A stretch of DNA of 62,346 nucleotides, filler included, from Stramenopiles sp. TOSAG23-3 (lineage: Eukaryota): the NCBI GenBank assembly GCA_900128585.1. It is 6 parts of 6 records of this genome, joined end to end, with 100 filler letters (N's around TTAATTAATTAA, not from the genome) between each part and the next. Parts side by side here need not be neighbours in the genome. Positions count along the whole stretch, not along the records: positions 1 to 26,764 come from LT642268.1; positions 26,865 to 53,609 come from LT642269.1; 4 more parts are not named here. One strand, given 5' to 3'. Within the stretch, counting starts at the first letter, position 1; the number at the start of each line of letters is the position of its first letter. The position numbers and the translations under genes were made by a program. The notes below the pieces were generated by a model. It ran no database searches. It had not been told where the DNA came from and saw only the letters and a list, made by a program, of their open reading frames with translations. Shown here one piece after another: positions 22,833-35,800 of the stretch.

Positions 22833-24098
22833 ATGTTGATGAAAACGACGGGCAAATCCCTGGCAAAGCCGGGCGACAAAGGATTCAATGGTCGCTGGAC
22901 GCGGGAAGAGCATGAAATGTTCTTGAAAGCCCTGAATGAGTACGGTCGGGAATGGAAAAAAGTTGCCAAAAAGATCAAGACGCGGTCCTCTGCACAAATA
23001 CGCAGCCACGCCCAGAAGTACTTTCAAAAGCTTGCGAAGGAGAAGAGGGCAGGGCTCCATGGCGGCGCAGAGGCGATTCACGGCAAGCACGTCGTGCTCC
23101 ACGATGGAGAAGGTATCGGCTCGGGGTCGAAGCGAAAAGCCAAGTCCAGTGTGTCGACGACGGTAAAGAAATCAAAACGCGGACGACCTACGTCGCCGAG
23201 GCCGAACGCCGTGGGAAAGAAGGACGGGCGCAAAGGCAACGGCAATGGCCGTTTCTCCCCGGTGGATAAGCCTCGCGCAAGTCCTAAACCGGTGGACTTT
23301 GGCTCCATGATAAAGAAACCTGTCGTCTTTGGAGGGGAAAAAGATATGGCTTTAGATGGAATAATTGTACAAAGTCTAGAGCGCAAGCTGAAGGCACTCC
23401 TGGACGAACGACTTCAGATTTCGAACGCGAAGTCGAGCAAGAAGGACCGGCACGACGATGGGGACCTAGTAGACACGCCAAGAATATCTCCGACAAACAT
23501 TCCTTCCAAGGGCGATACATGTCGTATAAGAGACCGTATAAAGAGAAGGGACACATTGGTGAAAGTTGACAAGAAAATTCAAACTCTCTGCAACACCTCC
23601 GCATGCAGCGCCCCATGTGTCTGCCGTGTCCCAAACCTACTGTTCCATTGTCAAAATTCCAGAAACGCAGCCTCTGGCAAACGTGCCTGCATCACCCTCA
23701 GGCAGCAGATGCTTGGTAAAGCCCAAGCCTGCATTAAGAAGTGTGTGAATTCAAAGACCGCGCAGAGCACGAAATTATTAGAGGCGTGGCTCCGGGTAAA
23801 AAAGGAAGTAGAATCGGCCATAAAGGAGACCACCAGCTTTAAGAATGCGGAGTCTTTGTACTTGACCTTGTCCCCCGACGCCCGGGCTAATCTCAGTGGC
23901 CTGAATACCGAAGAACTAATGGCAGTGCAAGTACTCATAGGCAGCCGAATGGGCTTGGGACCCACAAAAATGAACATACTACCAATCCTGAAGCCACAGT
24001 TCGGGCCAAAGGACAACGATGAGGAAACAGACTCAGACAGCGAGACCGAATCCGAATCCGAATCGTCCGACTCTGATGGCAGCTCGGAAGACGAGTAA
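22833..24098 (+). CDS. SHAQKYF-class single-repeat MYB transcription factor
   Basis: GRWTREEHEMFLKALNEYGREWKKVAKKIKTRSSAQIRSHAQKYF; basic NLS-like stretch; acidic C-terminal tail. First ATG is at 22833. Confidence 0.92.
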   Translation: MLMKTTGKSLAKPGDKGFNGRWTREEHEMFLKALNEYGREWKKVAKKIKTRSSAQIRSHAQKYFQKLAKEKRAGLHGGAEAIHGKHVVLHDGEGIGSGSKRKAKSSVSTTVKKSKRGRPTSPRPNAVGKKDGRKGNGNGRFSPVDKPRASPKPVDFGSMIKKPVVFGGEKDMALDGIIVQSLERKLKALLDERLQISNAKSSKKDRHDDGDLVDTPRISPTNIPSKGDTCRIRDRIKRRDTLVKVDKKIQTLCNTSACSAPCVCRVPNLLFHCQNSRNAASGKRACITLRQQMLGKAQACIKKCVNSKTAQSTKLLEAWLRVKKEVESAIKETTSFKNAESLYLTLSPDARANLSGLNTEELMAVQVLIGSRMGLGPTKMNILPILKPQFGPKDNDEETDSDSETESESESSDSDGSSEDE

Positions 24099-24440
24099 GT
24101 TGTGTGTAAATGTCCCACCTGTCGAGAGTCCTTTTTTAAGTTTTAATTTAATTGTGTGACGGCCACCCCAGAGCTTAACCTTTTAGCGCTGGGCGAATCG
24201 TTTGCTTTCTGTTCCGAAGTATTAATTTTATCAATATTTTTATATATATATTCATGTTTGTGTACCAGTTTCATTATAAAAAACAGCCTACGTTTCGTTT
24301 TTAGCTTAATGAATCTTCTCTTTCTCAAATTTTATTTTTTCCTATGTTTGGACCTGAGTTGTGATATGTATTAATTAACCATAAACTCAACTTCCGCGAA
24401 AACGAGAATCGCCTCCGTTTCGAGCGCAGCCTCGGCACAA

Positions 24441-26764
24441 TTACTTTGACAAAGCCGCAGGGAATTTTGTTATTGTGGCCATTTCAGTGATATTCTGGCC
24501 TCCCACACTAAACGAGATCTTGCACTTCATTGCCAGGCCCTTTGAACCATGCTGACTATTGGCAATGGCCAAAGACTGCGTGGCACTTCCGCCAGGAGCA
24601 ACTGAGTTGCTGGACGCAGGTTGGATGGAAAGCTTCAAGAACTTTGGCACTGCTACTTGAAAACTCAAACCAGTAATTGGCTGCCCGCTGCCGTTGCCAA
24701 ATGTCGCTAAAATCTCCGTAGTGTCGGGAGAGCCAGGCTTGGAGAAAGAAAAATTGATCTTAAGACCGTGTTTCTCAAACGCCGTCATCTCGGGAAACGA
24801 GGGTTGGGCAGGGGCGCTCGAGCCGCCGAACAGGCCCATGATGTCGCCCGCACCATTTGAAGCTTGGGGAGCAGGGGGGGCACTACCGCCCCCGAAAATG
24901 TCATCCAGTAAATTGTCTCCCCCACCGCTATTGTTCGATTGCTGCTGCTCAGTCCCAGCGTTGCTACCTCCGCCGCCGCCAAAAATGTCCGCCAAATCTA
25001 ACAGATCGCCGCCGCTGTTCGCCGCAGCGCCGGGGGCCTTTCCCCGTGCCCCGTCGCTCTCCACACTCTCTAATCGGGACCTCTTCTCGGCTGCTTCGCT
25101 CCTCTCGGGCACTGGCATTGCTTTCAATGCGTTGGGGCGAATGGAGGCCAGCTCAGGCTTCAACAGGTTCGAATACTCGCACGATCGTGCTTGCAGCTCG
25201 GTGTTCATGGACTGCGAGTATGTCGCCACTATTTTCTGCAACGCGCTCAAGGCTGGGCCACTCTGAAACCGTACCGTCAGCTTCAACGCGGCGCTCAGCA
25301 CATACGATCTAGTCAAAAGAGTGGCGTTGTGCAAATTGAGGGATTTCTTCAACAGCGCAACGACTTCGTCCTCCATTTCTACCGCCGACTTTCCTTTATC
25401 ACTAAGATCAATGAGATGCCCGTATTCGCCGATGCACCATATTGAGACATGGTTCAACCCGATTTGAGACGTATCTTGCTCCATGCTTTTGTACAATTTG
25501 GTCACCCCGTACCCTCTCAAATTTTCTTCTTTCCCAATCAGAGAAATGGTTTGGGAGATGATGTCGTCCGAGCAAAAGTTTCCAGCCAGCTGCAGCATGG
25601 AAATCATGGTGTCAATGTGCCAAGCGCGATCAGGCGAAAACAAGTTGACCACATGGGCCGTGCGCTTGCACAAGTCTGCTTTGACCTCGTTGTCGGCTAC
25701 GATCAAGTAGTTCAACATTTCCCGCGCCAACGCACGGATGTTCCCTTTGTTGACCAAGGCGTACAGGAGTTCAAGCGCGCGCCTCCGGATGGACACGTCC
25801 GGGTCCTTCAGGCAATCGACGATGGTGCCACGGTGCCTTTGCACGGCGGCCATGTCACTTTTCACCACTTGGCCCAGCATTGTCAATGCAATGTATCGCG
25901 TGTTGTTGTCCTTGGAAAGTAAAAACCGGCCGAGGATGTTGATCGCCATGACCTTCAACCCACTCTCACTTTCAATTTCCATGATGGTGCTGACGCACGC
26001 GTACAATATGGCATTTCCGGCGTTCTTGTTGGACTCGGTGTTGGTTGCCACTTGCGCCAGCACGTCGTTCATTTCGTCGCTTGCGTCCTCGTCATCTTTT
26101 CCAAGTACCCTTAGTATTTCTAGTATTGTTACTTGCAAAAAGGGGTCGGTGATGCCGCCAACGTCGTGCTCGGGCGAGAAGTTGTTCACCACAAGGTTCT
26201 TCAAAATTCGCACCAAGTTTGGCACGAGCTGACGGAACGTATCGATCATCGTAGGGTCGATGCGCATGGCGTTCTGCAACAAGGTCGCCCCTGTCAGGAG
26301 GACGGCATGGTTCCTGTCACTCATTAAGCTCGAGATAACGTCCACGCAGTCCTCGATCAAATCCGGGACTTTCTCCAGGACGCGAACGCAGGCCAGGGCG
26401 GCCTTCTTCCGGATAAACGTGTTGGAGTTTCTCATGGCCTTGTCCACCTCGGGAAAGAGGTCCCGGCACATGTCCTCGCTCGCTATGTTGCCGATAGCGG
26501 TCAGTGCTAGGCCCACCGTGTACTGGTTCTTGTCGATGATGTCGTTCTTCACGCTGTTGGTCACCAGCATCAGTGTCTCTTCGTTCTCGGACATCAATAA
26601 CATAAGGCCCAAGTACCCAATCCGTTTTTCCGAAAAGCGGGTCCCAGAAATAAGTTTTAAGCACTCCATTTGCCCGAAGTGGGAGGGGTAACCAAGCATG
26701 TGAACAAACAAAAGTTTCGCGACATTCCGGTGGCGCAGGTTGGACTTTTCGTCCTTAAACGCCG
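24441..26764 (-). CDS. AP1G1: AP-1 complex gamma adaptin, N-terminus lost in the gap
   Basis: HMLGYPSHFGQMECLKLI..RFSEKRIGYLG, EHDVGGITDPFLQV, LAQVATNTESNKNAGNAILY, DLLD clathrin-box-like hinge, gamma-ear FQVAVPKFLKLSIQPASS. Confidence 0.96.
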
Positions 26765-26864
26765 NNNNNNNNNNNNNNNNNNNNNNNNNNNNNNNNNNNN
26801 NNNNNNNNTTAATTAATTAANNNNNNNNNNNNNNNNNNNNNNNNNNNNNNNNNNNNNNNNNNNN
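26765..26864. other. Artificial contig spacer (44 N + TTAATTAATTAA + 44 N)
   Basis: Exactly 100 bp; the central 12-mer has stop codons in all six frames. Confidence 0.97.
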
Positions 26865-28740
26865 AACAGAAGATGAATTAAAACAAGCCCTTTTGCAAGG
26901 AAAAGAGGCTGAGTCAAACAGAAAACGTGAGGAAAGTGCGAACAATGCATCAGGATCGAATTATAATCAAGCAGACGTATCAGAGGAAAAGTTGAATGAA
27001 ATGGAATCGAAACGACTGTTGCTTGAGCAAATAAACGAAGAACTGAATGCAAAAATTCAAGACTTGGAACACGAACTTGCCACTGCAAATGTTAGTGGAG
27101 CCAGCGCCTCAGAAACGACATCCAAGCTGCAACAGAAATTCACTTGCCTTCAGAAGGAAAACAAAGATATACATTTCAAGTGTGAATCAATGAAGACGGC
27201 AATCAACAAGCTGGAGAAAAAGATTTCCCTGTTGAAGGCTGATATTAAAGATGCTACCAACGATAAAAACTCTTTGGTGGCAGAAAAAATGGAAATGCTT
27301 GATGAGCTGCAGGAGCTACGTGGAGCCAGTGTCAATGATGATGATAAGCTAAATAAAACGCTGAGAGAGACTGAAGAACTTCGCCAAAAGATGCAAAAAG
27401 CCTCTAATGAGATGGGAAATCTAGGTTTTGAAAAATTGCGTTTGGAAAAAGCCCTTCAAACTGCGAAAGAAGTGTCTAAAGTATTTCAGTCACAAGTTGA
27501 ACAGGAGCAGCAACTCAAAGAAGAAATGGAAGATCAGCTCGAATCTAGTCAGTTTCATATTAATGAGCTAAAAGGAACAATTGAAGTACTCCAAGAAGAA
27601 CAGACTAAGGTCAACGAGACAATGGAAAAGTCTGTCGTTCTTCAGAGCGAGCTAGAAGAAAACCTCTCTCAAGTAGAACGACTTGAGGACGACTTACGGG
27701 CTGCCCAAGATGAAATTCAAACCCAAAAAGATCGTATAGTTAAATTGGAAAGGGTTAAAATGACCAAACAGCACGTTGAAAACATCAAGAAAATGAAGCG
27801 AGAGAGTGCAAAACTAACTGCGCAAAATAAAAAACTGAGTGTAAAGGTTACTAGTTTGGAAAAAATGGTAAAAGTTACCCAACGAGAAAGCGAATGTTTG
27901 CGGGAGTCTATGAACGGCCTTGACCTGGATGAAAGCGTTCGGAAAACTATATCTGACAATGAAAAGTTGAAAGAAAAGCTACGAAAGTATTACAATACGG
28001 TTCAAGAAACAAAAAAGGTCCACAAACGAATTCTTGAAATGCCATTCTTTGAAACAGCAGTCAGAAATGGCGAAGAAGTGATGATTGAAGTCGCTGCCGC
28101 AAAGGTGGTTGCCGACTTCACCGCTAGTCTGGAAAAAACTGCATCGGTGAAAGCAATGAAACTCAAGGCTGACGCACAAACGGAGGGTTTGTCGAAATTG
28201 AAAGAGCGATGGGAACAGATGAAATGCTCTCACAATAACATCACAACAGAATGTGAGGACAAAACAATCGAAATTAAACGTCTGAAGAGCCTTGTTAAGG
28301 AAAAAGAGACAGATGTTTGCTGTTTAAATGAAAAAATTAGTGAAGTTGAAACGTTATTGCAAAGAAATGTGAGTGCGCACCAAGAGAGTGTGCGATTCCT
28401 TGAGAAAGAAAACTTGGACTTAATGCTACAAGTAAAACGGTTGAAGAGTACTGCTAATATTGTGGTGCAGAAGGCATCCGAGACCCCCAAGTCAGAAAGA
28501 AAGAGTAAAATCATTGAGAAAGACGACAAAGAGAATTTTCTCAACAACAGTAACTCTAACCACCCAACTTCTGCTGCCAAATGTAGCGGCAGCAGCAAAA
28601 AGTTAAAGCGAGCGTCGTTAACGTCATTGGACGACGTTAATACGTCTGCACTAGGAAAGTCCATGACCCTGGGAGATATAACTATGTCACCAGAGGATGG
28701 GATTGCGGATGAAGAAAATCCGGAGTGTACACAACAATAA
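26865..28740 (+). CDS. Long coiled-coil protein, C-terminal part, with KEN box and terminal CaaX (CTQQ)
   Basis: Frame is open from the gap; heptad-rich E/K/L/Q composition; DKENF at about 28525; ends ENPECTQQ*. Confidence 0.8.
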
Positions 28741-28783
28741 ACCATGTGAGTTTTTTATTCATGATATAGTCACCACGTAAATT

Positions 28784-29077
28784 TTATGTTTCTTTCCTCT
28801 CCTCAAATTCTGCCTCGGTAACCTGCCCTTCCCCCCTATCCTGCTTCTGAAACCGTGGATCTTTCGCAGCGTTAGCCATCAGCATATAATTACTCAGTCC
28901 CCTAATTGCTGCTCCTTTCATGGCATCGATCTTCTCAGGATTTGTCTCCGACATACCCTTGTTAAATTCTGTACGCACCATTGTTTTCAGCATTTTTCCT
29001 TTCGCACTATTCCCACCAATATGATGAGCTAATCGTAAACAGTCTCGGAACAAATGTAAAGATGACCGAGCGTCCAT
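28784..29077 (-). CDS. LYR-motif (Complex1_LYR family) mitochondrial protein
   Basis: SLHLFRDCLRLA ... VRTEFNKGMSETNPEKID; 97 aa. Confidence 0.85.
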   Translation of the reverse strand: MDARSSLHLFRDCLRLAHHIGGNSAKGKMLKTMVRTEFNKGMSETNPEKIDAMKGAAIRGLSNYMLMANAAKDPRFQKQDRGEGQVTEAEFEERKET

Positions 29078-29670
29078 AGTGATTTATTTAGTATAGTCCT
29101 TACAGTTTATTCCAACAGCGCGGGTGAGGGGTTGGTATCTCTGTTACATACCATCTATCTATTACAGTTATCGGCTTCTATTGAAGAAACTTTGGCAAAT
29201 AATCGTATTCTAATTTTTCGTGTTCGAACCATTTGTTTGTTTGTTACAAAATAAAAAGAAGATGACGACCGACGACCGAATAATTGATGGGCGTGGGGCG
29301 TGGGGGGGTGGTTCTTGTGGCTCTCTTCTGCGCGCCTAGTCCTATTTAAAATATTTTAATAGGACATGTTGATGTATTCTAAGAGAACGTAGTGTGACAT
29401 AAAAAATATATAAAGAAAAAAAAAGGTTTTTTGTTTTGTTTCTTTTTGTTGTTTTATTTTATACCGGTACCCAGGTACAGGAACCGTGGAACGGGCAATA
29501 CCGTGGAACCGTACAGTACTCGTACGTGTACCAATCGAACCGGGTACAATCCTGTGATGGTCTTTGGTTATTTATTACGAGGATAAATATGATCCTCATA
29601 AGAAGAGGATCATATTTGGACTACGAAGAATACGACGTAATGATATTCAATACATTAAGTAAAAAAATAA

Positions 29671-29702
29671 AAAAACAAGAAAATTGGCTGTTATTTTAAG
29701 TA
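29671..29702 (-). repeat. Dispersed repeat copy, 3' of the myosin gene
   Basis: AAAAACAAGAAAATTGGCTGTTATTTTAAGTA. Confidence 0.9.
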
Positions 29703-29865
29703 AAAAAAAAATAAGAAGAAGAAACTGAAACAAACAAATTCGCAAATCGAAAATGAACTACAGTGTACTCGTAGTCGTCTGGTATAAAAATGTGAGTGTG
29801 TTTTTTATCTACAATTATGATAGGATAGTATTGGTTTTTATAATACAACGGTGAGATTAAACATT

Positions 29866-32800
29866 TTACGCACTGGAGTCATCTCCGCCAGACGTGGTCA
29901 CTGCCCCCTCGTCTCGCTTCCGAATGTCTTCAACCATGATGTTCAATTGCTTATTTTCACGAGACAGTTCAGTGTTCTTTTTTGAGAGTTTCTTTTGTAG
30001 ATTTTTGTAGGACTCCGCTTTGCGCTTACTCCTCTCTAGTTTTGCACTTAATTTTGTGATTTCAGCTTCGTGCTCTTCATTCCGTAGTTGTAGCTCCTTG
30101 TGTGCTTCGCTCTTAGACTCTATTTCAGCTACTTTGTCCTTCAGATCCTCTATTTTTTCCCTTAAGATCTCATTTTCATGCTCCATCTCCAGGGCATGTC
30201 GATGATTCTCCTCACTTTCAAGGTGCACATCTTCTTGCTCATTCTCCAGATTCATCTGCTTTTCCACTAATGCATCGTATTTCTGCACAAGCTCCTCTAT
30301 AACTGAATTCTGTTCGGTTCGAACATCCTCAAGCTCTGTTACTTGCTCTTCCAGGTCGTGGACTTGCTCCTGAAGCTCGGTCTCCGTCTCGGTTAAAACA
30401 TCCAATTCACCCTGCATTGTCGCTGCATTCCTTAATTTTTCCTCGAGCTCTTTCTCCATAGCAGCGAGCTTCTTTTGTTGCTCCACTTCCTTTTTGCCCA
30501 CGCCTTTCTGTTTGTCACGATCGAGAAGTTCTTCACTGCGTTCATAATTTTCCAGATGCAAAGCCTTGTTCTGTTTTTGAACAGATTCTAACTCATTCTG
30601 ACGGTGTATTTCACTGGCTTTTAAAGTCTGGCATTGCTGTTCCAACAGGTTTACTTTTTCCGAATAAGCTGTGTTAGCGTCCTTTAAATTAGAAAGCTCG
30701 GTCTGCAGACCTGAGATATAATTGAACTCCTCGCTATCTTCAAATGGCTCGTCCTTGCCATCCACTTCGCCTATTGATTTTTTCTCATATTTCTCTTCCT
30801 TAGATTTTAGCAAAGCTTGCAATTCTTTCGTCTTATATTCTTCAATTTTTGCGGTCAATGTAGTCTCTCGAGATTGCAGTACTCGGACAAGATCGTCACG
30901 CAATTTTTCCTGCCCGCGATAAGTCTCTTGAAGTTTTCTGGCTTCCGATAACTCTTTCTCCAGATTTGCGTTGTCATCTCTTAATTTACCGCTAGACGCT
31001 CTCATTCCGATGATTGTGTTTTTGTTCAACTCAAGCTGGCTGATCAACCGCTTGTGCGCTTCTTGCATTTTCTTGAGTTCGTCCTCATTTTGTGTCAATC
31101 CATTCTTCAACATTTGAATTTCATTCGTATTTGAACGTGACTGGTCGTCCATTTCTCTGTTTTTTGTGTCTTGCACCTCTTTAAGCCTTTTTTCAAGCTT
31201 TATAATGTTTTTCTTCGCAGCTTCAAATTCTTCAAATAAAGTTTGGTACTCCTCCTCGGTCTGCTTGCGGGACATTTCTGACTCTTTCCACTTATCAACG
31301 AAAGTGTCCTCCTCACTTATTTTCGACGTTGTTTCACTGTATAGGTCTTGTAGCTCTCTGATGCGATTGTTCAGTTTTACTATTTCTCTTTGAAGATCCA
31401 TTTCTTTCGTTTCTAACTGTAATATCAAGCGCCTGCTTTCCAGTTCTTTTTCGCTTGATAGCTCGTGCAGTTCCCTCAGTTTATGGTTTCTTTCCATTGC
31501 TCCATCCAGAAGCGCTGTGACTTCTAGCAGTTTTTGATGAGCTCCATCAGCCTCGAAAGATCTGGGGGTGGATCCTGAGAGTTGTGTCGTGGGCGCTGGG
31601 CTGGGCATTCGACCTTTTTCTTCTACTAATTTTGCGATTTCTGATTTCACAGATTCAAACGCGTTTACCTTTTCGTGGTCCATTTTTTTTTCCAAAAGAA
31701 GTTTCTCTACTTGTTCTTGTAACGACTGTAGCTTTTCAGATTCTTCGGTTCTTTTGGCGTTTAGAGTGTCAATTTTCCTTTGCAGCTCTTGCTTTCCCTC
31801 CTCTGCAGCGGCTTTTTCCTTACTCAGCTTGCCACGGAGTTTTGCGACGGTCTTCGATTTTTTCCCGTCGTTAATTTCTATTTCATCGCTATTTTGGTAC
31901 GACTCAAGCTGGGCCTTTAATTTATCAATTTCCAGATTAAGACCCGTGATTGTTTTGATAAAATCAGGAGCAGCACTTTTTGACAATTCTTCTTGCTTGT
32001 GCGTCAAAGTCTCTTCCGCTTTCTTCTTCTTGCTTTCCTTGTGAATTAAGGCATCTTGTTCCGCCTGCTTTTTTACCTCCACTAAATGCTGTTTTAGAGA
32101 AGCAACTTCTGCGTTTAAAGCAGCTATCTTTTGAATAAGGTCTCCACGATCTTCATCCAGATTCTGTTCCAATTTTTCCCTTTGGGCATTTTTTGCTTTT
32201 AAATTGTTAATTTCTAAGTTAAGATCCGTAATCCTTATGATCAAATCAGAAGCTTTTGTTCCAACACCTTTGGACCACTCTTCTTGCTGTTGCTTCACAA
32301 TCTCTCTCCATTTTTTCTCCATGCTTACCTTGTAATTTATGGCGTCCTCTTTCGCCTTTTCCCTTGACTGTGCTAAACTAGTTTTCGAAGCCAACAATTT
32401 TTGTTTTAAATTGGTTAATTCATTTCTCAGATTATCGACCATATTGATTTTCTCTAAATCGTCTATGGGGTCGAGGGTGGCGTTTATTGCTCCTGCATCG
32501 ACTGAGTTGGCTTGGGTGCGACTTTCTAACTCCATTTTTCTCATTTTCTTTTGCAGTAGTTCACTTTCAATAGCCTGAACCATATTATTTTGTTTTTTAA
32601 GCAAGGAATCCATGTCATCTTTAAGGCGAACTTTTTCCGAAGTCATTTTTTCAACGAGAGTACGAAAATTTTCATTTTCATTTTCAAGCTCAATCAATCT
32701 GTCTTTATATGCTTCGATATAATCCTTTTCTTCCCCGGGGCCTTTCTCTTGAGGTATATTTATTTTCGTGTCTACATGCAGTTTGCTCCCTGCTGCCACA

Positions 32801-35800
32801 TCTCCACTATCCTTCTCGGGAAGATTATGAACTAAAAGGACTTCCTTTGGGCGAGATTTTGACTCGTCCAACAAGTGGCGCGACTCAAACTCAATAACTC
32901 TTTTCTCCGCTGATTCTCGCAGTTGTCTTTCTTTAATTAATTCCTCCCTTATCAAGGAAATCTCCTCGTCTTTTTCTGATGTTAGAGCTTGTCGGACTGC
33001 ATCGAGCTCTTTCCGCAGTCGTATTATTTCATGTTCTAGCCTTCTACATTTGTCCATATGGCCAGCAAGGTCAGCTTGGACTTTCGTTTTCGATTTTATT
33101 TCAGCGTCAAGCTTTTCGGTGAGAGTTTGAACTTCATCTGTCATTCGTTTGCCACCGTCGGCATCCTTCAATTGTTCTTTCATTTTTGCCAATTGCTTCT
33201 GAAGACTTCCAACCTCTTTCGCCTCTCGGTATAACATTCTTCGCAGTTCTTTTGCATTCATGATCCTTACTGCGGAAGCAATTTTATTGACTGCATTGCG
33301 CTGTTCGAGGAATACACGTCGCACCCTTCTCATGCGAAATTGTTTCTGTAAAACAAATGACGATCTAATCAGTCGTAAAGATCTGCATTTGCGGTTGGCT
33401 TTTCGTATTCTGTTCAAGCTTTGGGTCAAAATCACACTTCTCAGGAAATGTAAATATTTTTGGCGTTCCTTTGATTTTCTATAAACACTTTGTATTTTTG
33501 TCGACGCCCTCCTTTCCCTCATGGACCTGACTATCGATTTGGCCTTTAAGCCCCTGGCAAAGCAGCAAATAATAAGAGTTGCGTCCCTAATTTGAAGGTA
33601 CTTTTCTTCCTGGGCGTAACGTCGAAAATGTGCTTGCAGCAGTGTTGCAGCTTTTTCTACGCCCAGCCTGCGAGCGGATTCTAACGCCTCAAATGTTGAT
33701 CTGCGCATAAACACTTTCGTCTTCCCTACTTGAGCATCATCCCCCGGTAAGTTCATTTTTTCAATGATTCTTACACACGCGTCCTTTGGCTTGCAGCGCC
33801 TCTTTACAGGGCATAGCATCCGGTACGTAGAAATAAAATCTTTATGGCGCAATCGACAGGGGTAGCCAGCCCGTGCTACTTGCACAGCTTGCAGCACGCC
33901 ACCGTACCGTAATTGAGCGACTATACGTTGAGGATGAAATGACTCCGGTTCATTTTCGTCGTTTGGCTTTATGCATCGTATATAATGTGGTGCCGTTTCA
34001 TTGATTGTAGCCATGAGTGCTCCGAGTTGAGACTTAAATTGAGAGCCAGTGCTGATAGCACTTACACTCGAGTACCTGCTGCTTCGGCGACGACCACTTC
34101 CAGGCGTTCGACTTTTGGTTGAAGAATTTTTTGTGGGAGTTTGCGTCAAATTTAATTCTATATTTGCAAACTCATCTGAAAACAAAGTCCTGATTAAAGG
34201 CAGTCCAGCCATCTTTAACAAATCCATGATGTCTTGATGCAGCTTATCTTTGTTTTTGTCGCAAAAACCTTCAGTGTTGTACGTCACCTCACCAGCATAA
34301 TGCCGTATTACAAATTGGTTGTCGACAACATTTTTTTTCGTCGCAACAAAATTGCTATTTTCGGTACAATTCTGGTACAACTTTCGAGCAAACATAGGGT
34401 CGGTACCCTTGGGGAAAATGCAAGTTTCATCCAATAACGCTATGATTCCAGTTCTACTTTTTTCTATGAGGGACAAACACTCGGCATTGTCTGGAAAATT
34501 AATGAAAGACCAGTCAATCCCTTCTTTTTCGTAGATGTTTTGCTCCAACTTGAACATAAACTGGTTGAACTGTTGTTGAAGGGACTCGTTAGCATAATTT
34601 ATACACAACTGCTCAAAAGAGTTGGTTTGAAAAACTTCAAAACCAAATATATCCAATATTCCAATAAAACTGCCGGCCCTTTTGGAAGTTGTTTGGATAG
34701 CCTGGTTTATTCGCTGAACGATCCAGTTGAACATTTTCCCATATATACACTTTGCCATTGCATCCCTTGCAAATTCTGCCCTCTCTTTTGAATTCGGAAC
34801 AATGTGTTTTTGGCCTCCTGCTTCTATCGTTCGAGAGCACAATACTGTCTCCATGTCGTCTGAAGAAACTTCGATGAGAGATGCTGCTGCTGCTGCTGCT
34901 TCGTACAAGCCAATTCTGCACCCTTCTTCCCCGGACTTAAAACCTTTTGATAAAGAGATGAACTCTACGCAGGACAAATGCATCAAAGCTGACGTGGTCG
35001 TAAAAAGGCTATTCTGCTCTTCTGGCGTAAACCCCATTACATCCATAGCCTGGCGCGTATAGTTCCACTCTTCGGCATCGTCCACCCCGTCGGCACGCTC
35101 GTAGCAATCGCTCTGGTTAGTGTATTTACATCCTTCAAGTGGAAACACCTGCCACAGCTCACTCTCTTCTTCGCTGGCTCCCGCTGCCATTTGATAAAAT
35201 ATGTGGTAGTTCCTCTCTCCATGTGCCTGTTGCACTAATCTTACTTTTTCAAGCAGATACGTCTGAATACTTGCTCCCACGAGCGTTCCTTGATCGTCAA
35301 AGCGCATCTTTATAAATTTTCCAAACCGACTGGAGTTGTCGTTTCGCAGAGTCCTAGCGTTTCCAAACGCCTCAAGAATAGGGTTCGATTGTAAAATTTG
35401 CTGCGCTATTCCTTCCCATGACGAACCAGATGCCTTTGCAGCTGGTTTCTTTTTCGAAGCTTTTGAAACGCTTCCCTGTCCTAAAATTGCTCCCGCAGTT
35501 GCGAGATATTGCATCACATGCTTTGTTGAAACAGTTTTCCCTGCACCACTTTCTCCGCTGATTAGAACGGATTGGTTCTGGTGTCCCTTCTGACTATTTC
35601 TCATGGACACAAAAGCGGCTCGAGCGACACCAAAAACATGTGGTGGCAACAGCTGCTGGTTCGAAATGCCTTGGTTTGCCACTTTAATATCTGGTAAATA
35701 ATCTTTCATTATTTGCTGGCCATAGATCTTCATTCGTTTGAACGGATTTACTGCTATTATTATAGGTCCAGTTGCAGTATATATGTTATCGTTGTCATAT

